DNA of 64,000 bases from Octopus vulgaris (GCA_951406725.2 OX597817.1:139872001-139936000); one strand, 5' to 3'. Counted from the first letter of the stretch, positions 1 to 12,949 are shown. Notes: generated by a model not told the origin, from the sequence alone. Program-made: numbers and translations.

Positions 1-995
1 CATTTGTTGTTGTTGTTTCACCAAAGAATATCGAGTGATCGTCTCTATCTTCTTTAATCTAATTTTCTATTTAATCATTGTTTCACTTCTTTATCTCTGT
101 GTAATTACATTGTTTTCCCCAAATATTCCACTCATTTTCTGTGTGTGTGTCAGTGGGGTTAGGGTTATAATACCAGACAGAATTCTTAAGATAAAAGGAT
201 TTCTGCCTTTATGTTAGGGGTTCAAACTCCAGCTGTGTCAGAGGGCCAGTGAAGGCCATGGGCCTAGTAGCTTTGAGCCAGTGCTAGGATATTCTACAGT
301 CTGGGCCTGTTGTGCAGTGTGCAGCACCCCTTTCCTCCAGCCCTCCAATCTGTGTCCCCTTCTCCCAGGCTACAATGTGCATGTGTCCCTTCTTATGTTA
401 GCCTTTACATCGTGCAGCCTCACTTTTAACATTTTCTTGCTACAAATTCCTCCTCCCATCACTCTCTTTACATCCTCTGGAAAATCATTATCAACAACAA
501 ACCTATATCATCATCATCATCATCATCATTATCGTCGCCATCATCATCATTGTTGCCATCATCATCATCATTATTATCATCATCACTATCATCATCATCA
601 AAAGTGGTGGGAAGATTCATTACTGGACGGGTCAAGGTGCTTAGTGGCATTTCTTTCAACAATTTAAATTCTGATTTCAAGGTCAACTTTGCCTTTTATC
701 CTTTGAGGGTCAATGAAATAAAAAGTGCTGGTGAAGCACTGGGGTCAATGTAATTGACTTACACCCCTCTCTCCAAGCTTGTTAAACTTGTAGTAAGATT
801 AGGAAAAATTATTATTTATATATTTGCTTATTCTGTGAACCATTTAGATATTTGTCTTGTTTAGATCATTCTTTTCTATGTCAACTTTCACACACATTAT
901 CCCCCTTATACATTGCCCTGGTGGTAAATTAAAGAATCTATCATCATCATCATCATCATCATTATTATTATTATTATCATTATTATTATTATTCA

Positions 996-1513
996 GTAGT
1001 CTTATTTGTAGGATGTGTGCAGTACCCAGTAGTGCAATTTTCTGTATGTTATATATATTTGTTAGTCCTGGTGATTTTGTTATGTATTTGTCTGAATATT
1101 TTTTCTATCATACCTAATGCGCCTACTATGATAAGAATTATTTCTGTTTTTAGACTCCACATTCAAGTTACCTCTATTTCCAGGTCTTTGTATTTTATCA
1201 TCATCATTATTATTATTATTATTATTACTCAGTAGTTTTACTTTTATAGTGCGCTTTCACTTCACTACTGAGTGCGCAGCTCTGTGTGCCTTTGGTATGT
1301 ACTGTGATTTGTTGTGATGCTCTTACGGTTACTGTATTGAAAGTGTTTTGCATAGAATGTGTGCAGTGCCAAATGTTGCAATTTTCTGTATGTTATATAT
1401 ATTTGTAAGTCCTGGTGATTTTGTTATGTATTCGTCTGAATATTTTTTTATCATACCTATTGCGCCTACTCTGATAGGAATTGTTTCTGTTTTCAGACTC
1501 AGACTCCACATTC
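996..1513 (-). mobile_element. Two tandem 3'-end fragments of an R4/Dong-like (restriction-like endonuclease) non-LTR retrotransposon embedded in (TTA)n
   Basis: Minus strand reads ...IPIRVGAIGMIKKYSDEYITKSPGLTNIYNIQKIATFGTAHILCKTLSIQ*, resembling the C-terminal PxxxGALG...QKxAxxGTAHIL motif of this group. Two diverged copies (~996-1196, ~1226-1513), each bounded by (TTA)n. Confidence 0.7.
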
Positions 1514-1517
1514 GTAG

Positions 1518-1581
<64 letters not shown>

Positions 1582-1989
1582 AAGACAGCAAGCTGGCACT
1601 ATCCTTAGCATGTTGGACAAAATGCTCACTAGCATTTCTTCCAGCCTCAAGTTCCTTCTGTTTGTATCCTCTGTTGGTATTATCCTTTCTACTCAGCTTC
1701 TTGTCCATTGAAGATGAGTAAAAGGGAGAATATAGACAGCCACCATCTTTATCTCCATTGCAGCTACTCCCATCCACCATCACACAGTGTGGGGTATCCA
1801 TGTATCTCCTTTGTATCAAGACACTTATGCTTGTCCCTCGATCATACTTAAGGCCCTCAATACCTGGCATAAAGCCACCCCCTTGCCATCTCTCAAATGC
1901 ACTCCTACTCAGTCAAATGGCCCCCCCCATCTTCCTTTCCTTTGTTTCTTGGTGACCTCACTGGTGCTGCAAATGGAAATTGAAGTTAA

Positions 1990-2316
1990 GATACCTGTGC
2001 TGGTGACATGTAAAAAACACCGTCTGAATGTGGCAGATGCCAGCGTCGCCTGACTGGCGTCCGTATCGGTGGCATGTAAAAAGCACCAACTGATTGTGGC
2101 CATTGCCAGCCTCCCCTGGCTCCTGTGCCGGTGGCATTTAAAAAACACCCACTACACTCGCAGAGTGGTTGGTGTTAGGTAGGGCATCCAGCTGTAGAAA
2201 CACTGCCAGATCAGACTGGAGCATGGTGCTGCCTCCTGGCTTCCCAGACCCCGGTCAAACCGTCCAACCCATGCTAGCATGTAAAACGGACGTTAAACGA
2301 TGATGATGATGATGAT
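1990..2316 (+). mobile_element. SINE/LINE-tail family A with (GAT)n tail
   Basis: Ends ...ccatgctagcatgtaaaacggacgttaaacgatgatgatg. The same sequence recurs at ~2450-2700(-), 6710-7000(-), 10075-10272(+), 10468-10860(-), 11500-11753(+), 13950-14480(+), 62243-62555(-). Confidence 0.8.
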
Positions 2317-2911
2317 GTACTGGAAAGTGGTTGGCATTAGGAAGGGCATCCAGCCATAGAAACCATGCCACAACAGGTATTGGAGTACAATGCAGTGCTC
2401 AGCTCATTGGATCCTTGTCAAACCATCCAACCTATGCCAACAAGGAACAACATCATCATCACCGTTAACATCTGTTTTCCATGCTATCATGGGTTGGATG
2501 GTTTTACCAGAGCTGGCAAGTTGGAGAGCTGCATTGGGTTCCAATCTGATTTGGCCTCGTTTCTACAGCTGGGTGCCCTTCCTAAAACCAACCACTTTAT
2601 AAACTGTATTAGGTGTTTTTAATGTGACACTGGCATGAGTGCTCTTACGTGGCGCTGACACACAAGTGCTTTTTATGTGGCACCAGCACAGGGGTCTTGC
2701 AGGCCAATACTCTTCAAATACTCTTCATCAGGGGGAGTGGCCGTAACATTTCTCCTGTGGAGGGTGGGCCTTCTTGAGTACAGCAGGGTACCAGATATCT
2801 TGGTCTATTGTCATCTCTTCTGAAAGGCTCAGAGTTGTGAGGGTTATCCTTCAGCACATTAAATGTGGATGAGGATATATATACATATATATATATATAT
2901 ATTTGGGTACC

Positions 2912-4201
2912 TGTGAGGTGGTACCCAAAAATAACTGGAAATGTTTTCTGTGGGACAAGCCTGTTGCAGTTCAGGCTTCTGCTGCTAGAAGCCAGTTGAT
3001 GCGACCCTCAGGCATCAGTTTGCTGACTGGCATCATTGTGTGGGGTCATACTGCCACACGTGGTGTGTCTTTGTTTTGCAATGTTTCTCCCCTGTTCATT
3101 GATTTTTTTTGTGATGGCTGACATGAAGGAACAGTGTGCTTCTGTGAAATTCTGTTTCCCGCTGGGGAAAATGGCAGCTGAAACAGTTGTCATGCTTCAA
3201 ACAGTTTACAAGGACACTGCTATGAGCAAAACACAAGTTTATGAGGGGTTTCCACAATTTTGGAATGGTCACTTGTTGCTTGAAGACCAACCTTGTTGAC
3301 CTCCCAAATGAATGAAAATAGCACAAAAATTCAAGAACTGATCTTGGAGGACCAAACAGCTGATGAACCTGTTGATATGACTGGTGTGTCCTGGAGCTCC
3401 TGCCAATGAATTTTGATCAAGGAATTGCAAATGAAAAAGAGTTGCAGCAAAACTTGTCCCTTGCCTGCTCATAGAATATCAAAGCAACCATGACTGAATG
3501 CATGTCATGAACTGAAAGAGCAGTTGGAAGTTGATCCAGATCTTTATTCAAAGGTCATCACCGGTAACAAAAGCTGGTGCTCTGGCTACTACCTGGAAAT
3601 GAAGCAGTAATCAAGACAACAGAAGCATTTGATGTCATCACACCCGCCAAAAAGAGTGCCAGGTGAAGTCCAATATCAAGATGATGCTGATTTGTTCCAT
3701 TGATATGAAAGGAATTGTCCTCACAGAATTTGTTCCTCCTGGTCAAACTGTTAGCCAGACATTTTACTTGGCAGTTCTGAATTATTTGTGAAATGCAGTG
3801 AAATGAAAATGCCCCGACCTGTGACCAAGTGGAGAATGGTGGTTTCATTACAACAGTGCGCCTGCACATACCACCCTGATGAGTGTGAGACAGTTTTTGA
3901 CTAAAAAAGGAAATGACCCCACTTATACATCTTGCTCCCTGTGATAATTTTATTCCTCCGAATGAAAAAAAAGTCCCTAAAGGAAAAAGTTTTACAGATG
4001 TAGAAGAAAAATGAGAGAAGCCTTAAAAGGCATCACTTTGCCAGATTTCCAGGATTGCTTTCAACAGTGGAAAACGCATCTGGACTGATGCATTCCTTCA
4101 AATGGAGAATACTTTGAAGGCAATAAAAGTATAAAAAAGATGAAACTAAGTGAATGAAATAATATTGCAAAATTCCAGTTTCTTTTGGGTACCTCCTTGT
4201 A
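2912..4201 (+). mobile_element. Mariner (Tc1/mariner) DNA transposon, near full length, transposase disrupted
   Basis: Imperfect TIRs gaggtggtacccaaaaataactggaa (~2915-2940) and ttccagtttcttttgggtacctccttgta (~4173-4201, ends in TA). Transposase fragments MADMKEQCASVKFCFPLGKMAAET..., KVITGNKSW, IKMMLICSIDMKGIVLTEFVPPGQTV, YNSAPAH, with stops and frameshifts. Confidence 0.9.
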
Positions 4202-4288
4202 TGTTCACTGGGTTTTGTTTAGCCCCAGGTCCAACTTCATTGAACAGACCTATGATCAAAGGCATTCCAGCCATGACCCCAATTGTTT

Positions 4289-4328
<40 letters not shown>

Positions 4329-4335
4329 ACATTAG

Positions 4336-4566
4336 GGCGGTGAGCTGGCAGAAACGTTAGCACACTGGACGAAATGCTTAGCGGTATTTCGTCTGTCATT
4401 ACGTTCTGAGTTCAAATTCCGCTGAGGTTGACTTTGCCTTTCATCCTTTCAGGGTCGATAAATTAAGTACCAGTTTCGCACTGAGATCAATGTAATCGAC
4501 TTAATCCCTTTGTTTGTCCTTGTTTGTCCCCTCTATGTTTAGCCCCTTGTGAGTAGTAAAGAAATA
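4336..4566 (+). mobile_element. tRNA-derived SINE family B
   Basis: Head ggcggtgagctggcagaaacg with B-box gagttcaaattcc. Close copies at 9597-9824(-), 32105-32521(+), ~45990-46199(-); decayed copies near 620-790, 8000-8150, 51110-51260. Confidence 0.8.
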
Positions 4567-5984
4567 TATATAGAGAATTATACTGTAGGGTGTGATTTTA
4601 TGGAGATTTGGCTGTTATGTCTAGCAGGTCAGCTGTAACATAGCAGCACCCTTGGTGACTGGTTGGTTTTGTAAAATGATTGTATTGTAATGTTTGTGTT
4701 TTTTGCTGTCCTTGTGTCAGATAAATTGTTGTTCAGTGCACTTTTATCAAATTCATTTATATTTCCTGTACCCTGTACTCACCCCTACCACTCCTAGCCA
4801 TCCATGGCCACTCTTTAAAACTCTTCAAAACTGTCCCAGGTGGGTCACACCTAATTAGTTATCATTTGTAATGCTTTGTTAATCCAATGATCACTCAATA
4901 ATTCCATCATCTTCATATTAAATATACTCCTTGTGTGTGTGAGTTTTGTTTTCGTTGCCATTGCCTAATCACTGATTTCCTGCTCTGTTTCATCCAGAAT
5001 CTTCTCACTTCATCTTCTTTGCCTGTTTTCCCCTTTAGTTCTATGACATAATTGACATTGAATAAATTCCAATAAAAATAACAGACACATGTCTTATTGA
5101 AATTTTGCTGTAAGAGAAGGAAAGAAAACCAGCCAGCTGGCCTGGTCAGCAAGCTTTGTGTGACTAGCACAGCCTGTGTAATGAGCATGGCCATTGCAGT
5201 CAACATGGCCAGTAAGGTTAGCACGGCTAAGCCTTATATTAGACAGACTGTGGCTGCAACACAACTCCTCTTCCATTTTCCTCATCTCCCATCCTTATCT
5301 CTTCTGCCATCTATGATTTATCAATGAAGGTTATCCAGGGAATTACTGGAAATAAATTGAAGATTTTCACGAATATTTGGTGAGGTGACGGCTGATTGGG
5401 TAAAGGTTTGGAGAGTTTCTGTTAAAGTATTTTTTTCCAACAGTTATTAAGAAGCCACTTTGAGACTTTATTCTTATTGTATCTTTCTGCATGATTGTCC
5501 AACTCTCGTTGTCTCCCTCACCTGGCCACTGGCTCATTCACAAACCTGATGATGATAAATTAGGTATAAGTAAGTGAAGTGCTGTTTAATAAGATTTAAG
5601 CCTTTGGGATAGAGGAATTAAATTCTTACACATTCAATCAATTCAATAACTTCTGAAATTCAATAAAGAATTCATTCCTGTCACTAAAAACCGCGGTTTC
5701 TCTTGGGAAATTTTCTAAAGTACCAAGGTAAAACTGAAAATCGAACTAATGGGAAAAGATAAAATTCAAAACAAAAACAAGCCAAACATAATTTCCCAGT
5801 CTGTTTTTAAAAGATTCTTCTTTAAATTCCATTTATCTTCATTAGTTAAATCTTCATGATCTCCATAAAAATCGTTATCTGTCTGACTATCAGTGTGTTT
5901 AAATAGATTACAATATGCATCTACTCTTCCTGCTTCTGTGTAAACACACAGTTCTGTCATCGTTTTACAGCTGCACATGCATAT

Positions 5985-6018
<34 letters not shown>

Positions 6019-6194
6019 ATAATCCTTTAAGCTGCCAGCTTCAATTGAAAACTTAATAAACACCATGGTTTCTCAATATATTCATTTTTATTAATTATAT
6101 ATAAGATAATGCTTCATACATACTGTCTTCTAGAATCAAAAATCTCCCTCTCCATTTTATATATATATATATATATATATATTTACATATTTAC

Positions 6195-6271
<77 letters not shown>

Positions 6272-7313
6272 TATATATATGCATTTGTACATATCTAAAT
6301 GGTTCACAGCTAATATTTCATGCAACCCATTAATCTCCTTTCAATGGAACCTAATTCATTAATTCCTAAAATACCTTCTTCACGCAAATGAAAGAGTTTA
6401 ATGGAATATGAATTTCCATGATCTTTGGAAACTTTTCTAAAAATCGGAAATTTCTTGAAGTCAAGTTTGTGGAAAGGAAGGCAGCATGGGATGGTGTTGT
6501 GACGGGTACTGTTTCACTGACCTGTGGTACATGAGTACCACAGGTCAAACTAAGGACAATTTACATCTGAATTACTCCATGTATATAATTTGATGATGGC
6601 TTAGCTGGTTGAAACTTCAAAGTCACTGTTAGTACTATACTCTCCCAAATGTATTGAGTACTCCTTCATTTTAATGTAAAACTGCTTTTATTATAAACAT
6701 TAAGCATCATCCTCATCATCATTTAATGTCCCTTTCTCCATGCTGGCATGGGTTGGACTGATGCATTCCTTCAAATGGAGAATACTTTGAAGGCAATAAA
6801 AGTATTAAAAAAAGGTAAAACTAAGTGAATGAAATAATATTGCAAAATTCCAGTTTCTTTTGGGTACCTCCTCGTATGTTCACTGGCCCAGGTTCAGTGC
6901 CTGCTTTAGCAGGCTTTCTACAGCTGGATGCCCTTAAGAGTGTTTTGGGTGCTTTTTACATGGCACCAACTCTGGTGAGATTGCCGAGCATCTGCAAGAT
7001 AAAATCCCTCGACTGGGCAGGGTATAGACTGGAAGAATAGAGGATTGAGGGTCTTGCTAAAGAGATGAATACATGGCTTGCCTGAGAAAGGAAGAGATGT
7101 GAAGTCCAGGTACAACATGAAACTGAGACAGACTAGGAAGTGTACCAAGTGAAAATAGCATGAAGATGTGTAGCCAGTGGCTGGAAGATGTTGCACTCTC
7201 GGTTGTAAGATTGTGTTTCAATTTCTTAGCTTCCACAGTGACCACCAGATGAGAAAGTGAGGGACTCTGTCAAAGACTTTCTTCAGGTCAATGACTGCCA
7301 ATACAGTGCAACC

Positions 7314-7560
7314 TCAGCTAATTCTCTTTCTAATTAATTGAGAATTAACTCTTTCTCTAACTTTTATAACCTGGTTCAGCAATTTGATAAATAGGAGGGG
7401 ACTGAGAACCAAACCCTGATGAACTGCCTGTACACAAAATTCATTGCTGTATTCACTGCTAATTCCCACCCTACTGACAGCACCCCTGTACATAGTTTGT
7501 ATAACTCCCACGAGCCATTTATCTATTCCAGATGATAATTCCTAGCTTCAACAGTGATCA
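7314..7560 (-). pseudogene. RTE-type LINE reverse transcriptase fragment
   Basis: GVIQTMYRGAVSRV...EFCVQAVHQGLVLSPLLFI matches RT motif B (GxxQGxxLSPLLF). Confidence 0.7.
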
Positions 7561-8225
7561 CCAGATGATAATTAATTGAGAATTAACTCTTTCTCTAACT
7601 TTTATAACCTGGTTCAGCAATTTGATACCTCTGTAATTATTTCAATCTGAGGCATCTCCTTTACTCTAATAACAGTTGACTATAACTCTGCTGCACTAGT
7701 CATTGGGTAACACACCCACACACACACACACACACACACATTATATTTTTACAAGAAGGATGGTGACAGAAACTTAGAAGTTTTAGCCTGCAAGACTCAC
7801 CAGAGTCGCTATCACCATCCTTCTTGTAAAAGTGTAAGAAATATTTACTCTAAAGAAGGTATTGTGTAATTATTCAGTTTAATGTAAAATTATTTGAAGT
7901 TTCCATTAAAGCAAGCATTACAGACAAAGACACGCACGCACACACACACACACATTTCTACTATATTCACAATGCCTGAAATTGTTTTTGGGGGAGTGGT
8001 AAGTTGCTTCCAGTGCACAACTGGCTCTTATTTCGTCAACCCTGAAAAGAAGAAAGACAAAAGTGACCTTACCAGAATTTGAACTCAGAACATAAAAAAC
8101 ATAAAAAAATGTTCTTGCCTGGCATTTTAACAATTCTGCCAGCTTGCTTTGTTTGTTTTTGTTTTTCCAAACTATGTTCTGATGGTTGCTCGGTTGAATG
8201 ATTAAAATGTTTTATTCCCTTTCAG

Positions 8226-8317
8226 GTCTGTTTGTGCTTGCGATTGGTGAGCAAAACCATCATGAAGGAACCAAGTTAATTCTTGATTTGTTGCAACTAC
8301 CGAAACTTAACAAACAG
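8226..8317 (+). CDS. SNX14: Penultimate coding exon of sorting nexin-14-like gene (C-terminal nexin/PXC region)
   Basis: Acceptor cctttcag| and donor CAG|gtaaca. The 92-nt exon reads (G)LFVLAIGEQNHHEGTKLILDLLQLPKLNKQ and joins in phase 0 to LSYVLLDIIIVELFPEL, reproducing the SNX14 C-terminal motif LQxPxLNKQLxYVLLDIxIxELFPEL. Confidence 0.85.
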
Positions 8318-9596
8318 GTAACATTTCTTTAAATGCTAAATGCTATGTGCAAGTTTGTTGCATGTAAGCATGCATCACAGTTCAGTTTTCACTTGACCTT
8401 CGGTCATCTGTTATAGTGTGTCGGAAATAATCCTCTCTTCATTCATTGTACGTGGCCTTTCAGTTGACGAGAGATGATTACTTGCTGAAAAATTGTTACC
8501 TTTTCATTAGATTAACACCTTGTCAATGATAACTACTCTCATCATTTATTGTTGCAGAGAAGAGAGGTAATTGTGTGGTTGATGAACCAGTGACCTATTT
8601 AATGAGAATCTTATTTCATTGATGTATGAAATATTACTGACATAACTAGTCAACTCAGTCAATTATTCATAACTCTCGTTTCCTTTTGTTGCGCTTTACG
8701 TGCTCCAAACCGTTTCTGTGTTTAGAATTTCCCCAGTGACAAAGAAATGCAGATGCTTTGCATTCTGAGTGCATATGAATCTGAAAATATCCTGATAATT
8801 ATGGCGTATATCTCAAAGGTCAATAAAATTTGCATATTATTTCTAAACTTGAATAGCCACAAACAGTTAGCAGTGCACTAAATGTGTGCATCTATTGCCC
8901 TGAGTTTACACACCATGGACCTGTTCTTAACAAATGTATTCAGTGTTTGCTTGCAATTAAATTTAGGTTTGCATTCTGGTTGCAGAACGTTGCACATGCT
9001 CACATGCAGGTCTTGAGTGATATGTACCATAAGAGTTGTTGGAATTTCCAGGGAAAAAAATATTTCTGATTGAATTGATTAAAATTAATGAAGTCAGATA
9101 ACAGGGTAGCTGATTCAGCCTGAAATTGAACCATGAATTCATTCTTAACTCAATGTATTTATCTTACTAAACATGTTTAATTTCTGTGAGGGGTGGGGTC
9201 AGGATAATTCATTCTACCCACCCTTCCACATTTTTTTTCACTTAAGGTTCATTTCTTTCTTCATTATGATGTTGGACTGCTGCACAGTACAGCAAACTAG
9301 CAGTAATATCTTAGGGGAGTTGATAGAACTACATGAGGCAAGCCTTAATTGTTTCACAAATGCGGGTGCTCTTCCTGTCACCAATTTTTACTTGTTACAC
9401 CAGCCAGGCTTTTCTTTCTTTTTTTATGTTCCACAGGTATTCAAAAGCTCAGAGTGACTGGTCATAGTGTCGTCAAAGAATGTCATCATCATCATCATTG
9501 TCTTTGCTTTGCTCAAGCATTGTCAGGTGTAGAATATCGATATTCATGCACACACACATACATATTTACACCCCCACACATATATACATATATATA

Positions 9597-9821
9597 TTTC
9601 TTTACTGCCCACAAGGGGCTAAACATAGAGGGGACAAACAAGGACAGACAAAGGGATTAAGTTGATTACATCGACCCCAGTGCAAAACTGGTACTTTATT
9701 TATAGATCCCGAAAGGATGAAAGGCAAAGTCGACCTCGGCAGAATTTGAACCCAGAACGTAAGGACAGATGAAATACCGCTAAGCATTTCGCCCGGTGCG
9801 CTAATGTTTCTGCCAGCTTGC

Positions 9822-9824
<3 letters not shown>
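9597..9824 (-). mobile_element. tRNA-derived SINE family B
   Basis: Reverse complement of the 4336-4566 family. Confidence 0.8.
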
Positions 9825-9907
<83 letters not shown>

Positions 9908-10467
9908 TATATATATACACACACACACATATATATATACATATATATGTGTGTGTTGTGTGTGTAAATGCATATATACTTATATATGTGTAGGAGGTGA
10001 TGACAAGTGATGAAGACTTCTGGTGATTTGCTGTGCTTGAGAAGACATGCTAAGTGAAATTGTCCCCATGGCCAGTGCTGGTGACAAGGCACCTCTGCCA
10101 GTGATATGTAAGAGGCACCCTGTCTACACTGTATAGCGGTTAGCATTAAGAATGGGTATCTAGCCATAGAAACCAAGCCAAAACAGACTGGAGCCTGGTG
10201 TAGTTTCCAGCTCTAGTCAAACTATCTAAACCATGCTAAAATAGAAAATGGACATTAAATGATGATGATGATGTGTACACATGCAACAAGCTTCCTGCAA
10301 TTTTCATTTATCAAATCAGGATTATAGTAGAAGGCAATTTGGCCAAGAGGCTGCACAGACGGATTGAACCCATAACCTCTGTGATTAGAAAGCAACTTTC
10401 TTAACCATCCAGCTGTGCCTATTGCCTATTTTTTTAATTTCCAAAAGTTATTTGGGCAGCCTCCATG

Positions 10468-10860
10468 TTTTCATCATCATCATCATCATCATCAGCTTTC
10501 CATGCTAGCATGAGTTGGACAGTTCAACTGGGGTCTGGGAAGCCAGGAGGCTGCACCAGGCTCCAGTCTGATCTGGCAGTGTTTCTACAGCTGGATGCCT
10601 TTTCTAACACCAACCACTCCGTGTGTGTAGTGGGTGCTTTTTACATGCTACCGGCACAGGTGCCAGGCGAGGCTGGCAACGGCCACGATCGGTTGGTGCT
10701 TTTTACATGCCACTGGCACAAAGGCCAGTCGAGGCGACGCCGGCAATGGCCATGTTTGGATGGTTCCTTTACGTGCCACTGGCACTGGTATCACAACTAC
10801 AATTTCCATTGATTTTTGATTGATTTCGATTTCACTTGCCTCAACAGGTCTTCGCAAGCA
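10468..10860 (-). mobile_element. SINE/LINE-tail family A
   Basis: (CAT)n followed by ccatgctagcatg...ctggatgcc...caaccactcc. Confidence 0.8.
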
Positions 10861-11499
10861 GAATGAACAATGAGGAAACTGAGTACTGATGAATGGTTTA
10901 TGAAGACACCATGAGAGAGCAGCAGGGCAGGGGAAGTGTTGAAGTGTGTGTGACATGAGGATGTGACACAACCATGGTCTAGCACCTCAACTTCTGCCTT
11001 TAGTTTGTCCCCCCTTTTTGCAGCTAATCTAAACAAAGTTTCTAATTTGATGACTGTTGGAATCGATATGTGCCAACATCCAGAGGCTTTCTCCCCAAAG
11101 TACTGAATTCATAAAAGAGAAAATTTCACTGGCGGAGCTTGAGAAATATGATGGAGGCTATGATCCTAGTGGTCATTGGTGTTTTTATCCCTCTCCCAGA
11201 AACTTATGATCAAAAGGTTTAAAACATTCCAGCCATGACTGACCCGTCAGATGTTTTTGATTACATTATTCAATGTATCTCCTTTTTGTAAGACAGTAAA
11301 ATGTAATTTCAAGGAGATTTGACTGCTATTTTTAGCAAGTCAATCAGCTGTTAAAGCAAAATTAATAAAAGATTATGAACTAAGAATGTGGAAACTGTGT
11401 TGTACAGTTAGTGGAAATGTTGTGGAAGTTTAGGAGGGAGGATGTGGGAAATGGTAGAATTGTGTAGTTAACACCAGAAGTCTACAGACTGTTTAGAGG

Positions 11500-11753
11500 G
11501 CACGTAAAAAGCACCAACCGATTGTGGCCATTGCCAGCCTCCCCTGGCACCTGTGCCGGTGGCTCGTAAAAAGCACCCACTACACTCATGGAGTGGTTGG
11601 TGTTAGGAAGAGCATCCAGCTGTAGAAACACTGCCAGATCAGACTGGGCCTGGTGCAGCCTCCTGGCTTCCCAGACCCCGGTCGAACTGTCCAACCCATG
11701 CTAACATGGAAAGCGGACGTTAAACGATGATGATGATGATGATGATGATGATG
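11500..11753 (+). mobile_element. SINE/LINE-tail family A
   Basis: Same sequence as 1990-2316, with (GAT)n tail. Confidence 0.8.
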
Positions 11754-12223
11754 AATTATTTAAATGAGATATTCAGTGATTGTTGTTGGTGTAAATGTTC
11801 GGTTTTATGAGAAAACAAATATTAACAGAACTAATTGGTTTTTAAAAAATGGTCAACAAAGATATTGATATAGAAGTGGAGTGATAACTTGTCTACATCA
11901 TCCAGGTACATGTGAAACGCATGATGCATGTGGGAAAAAAAACTACCTTGGATTGATACAGATGCAGTTGAATGAAGACAATGAATGAAGTAGAACAGAA
12001 TGTTGAAAATGCTGAACTATAAAAGTAATTTATTGATAAATCTAATTGGTATCAGTGCAGAAAAGTGCTTATCAGATGACTAATAACAATGATGATGCTG
12101 GTAGCAGTGGTTGTGGCATTTAAGATCTACAAATAGATATTTAAAAAAACAAATATCTTCTTCATCATTTTTAAGATAACTGATGTCTATCTTTTCTTTC
12201 TTTTCTGTTTCTTTTCCTTTCAG

Positions 12224-12322
12224 TTAAGTTATGTCTTGCTTGACATCATCATTGTGGAGTTGTTTCCTGAACTGAAAGAAAATTACAGCCCAGATGTTCG
12301 ACTTAACAATTCTAATGGTTAA
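12224..12322 (+). CDS. SNX14: Terminal coding exon of sorting nexin-14-like gene
   Basis: Long polypyrimidine tract and ttcag| acceptor; LSYVLLDIIIVELFPELKENYSPDVRLNNSNG*, stop TAA at 12320-12322. Confidence 0.85.
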   Translation, partial: LSYVLLDIIIVELFPELKENYSPDVRLNNSNG

Positions 12323-12486
12323 TCTATTTCGAAAATAAGACTCTAGAACTTTCCTTTGTTTGTGATGCCATCAGTTGAATGTAAACAATACGGTATTATT
12401 GCTGTGTTGGATGTTGTTCTATTCCCGGAGGGTAAGATATGACTTACTAACAAACAATACAGTTGAACATTCCCACAGTTTTAAGA

Positions 12487-12631
12487 AATAAATTGCAAAA
12501 CAACAAGCAACAAACAACAACAATAAAGAAAAGACGAAAGACAATAAAGCAGCCACAGATGCAAATAATAGAAGACAATACAAAAGGTATTAAATGAAAT
12601 ATTTGAATTCCTTTGAAATCAGATAAATAAA
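12487..12631 (+). promoter_or_regulatory. Candidate polyadenylation signals in the SNX14-like 3' UTR
   Basis: AATAAA at 12487, 12522, 12543 and 12626, downstream of the stop. Which one is used cannot be told from sequence. Confidence 0.4.
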
Positions 12632-12949
12632 CTATCTTTGATGTTAGTACATGTTAAATATTTTCTCAGTTTTAATTCAAAAGACAAATACAAACGAAAA
12701 GAAACAAACACTTTATTGTTTAGACTTTCATTTCTATAAAAATGTTGTCTGTTTCTCCCACTGTATAAAGGTATATCATATTTTTTGGTGTCACTTCTTC
12801 TTCGTCTTCTATGTTAGATATATATGCATTAATATTTATGTATTCACAGGTAGATATAATAATATGTAATAATATATACCCAGCTATTTTTAGTGACTTA
12901 CATTAATTGCTTGTTAATCTAACATAAAACAAACAAAAAACAAAACTTT

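Noticed and set aside
1-8225. Further upstream SNX14 exons
   Set aside because: No splice-flanked frame with recognisable SNX14 similarity found by eye; they probably lie before the window.
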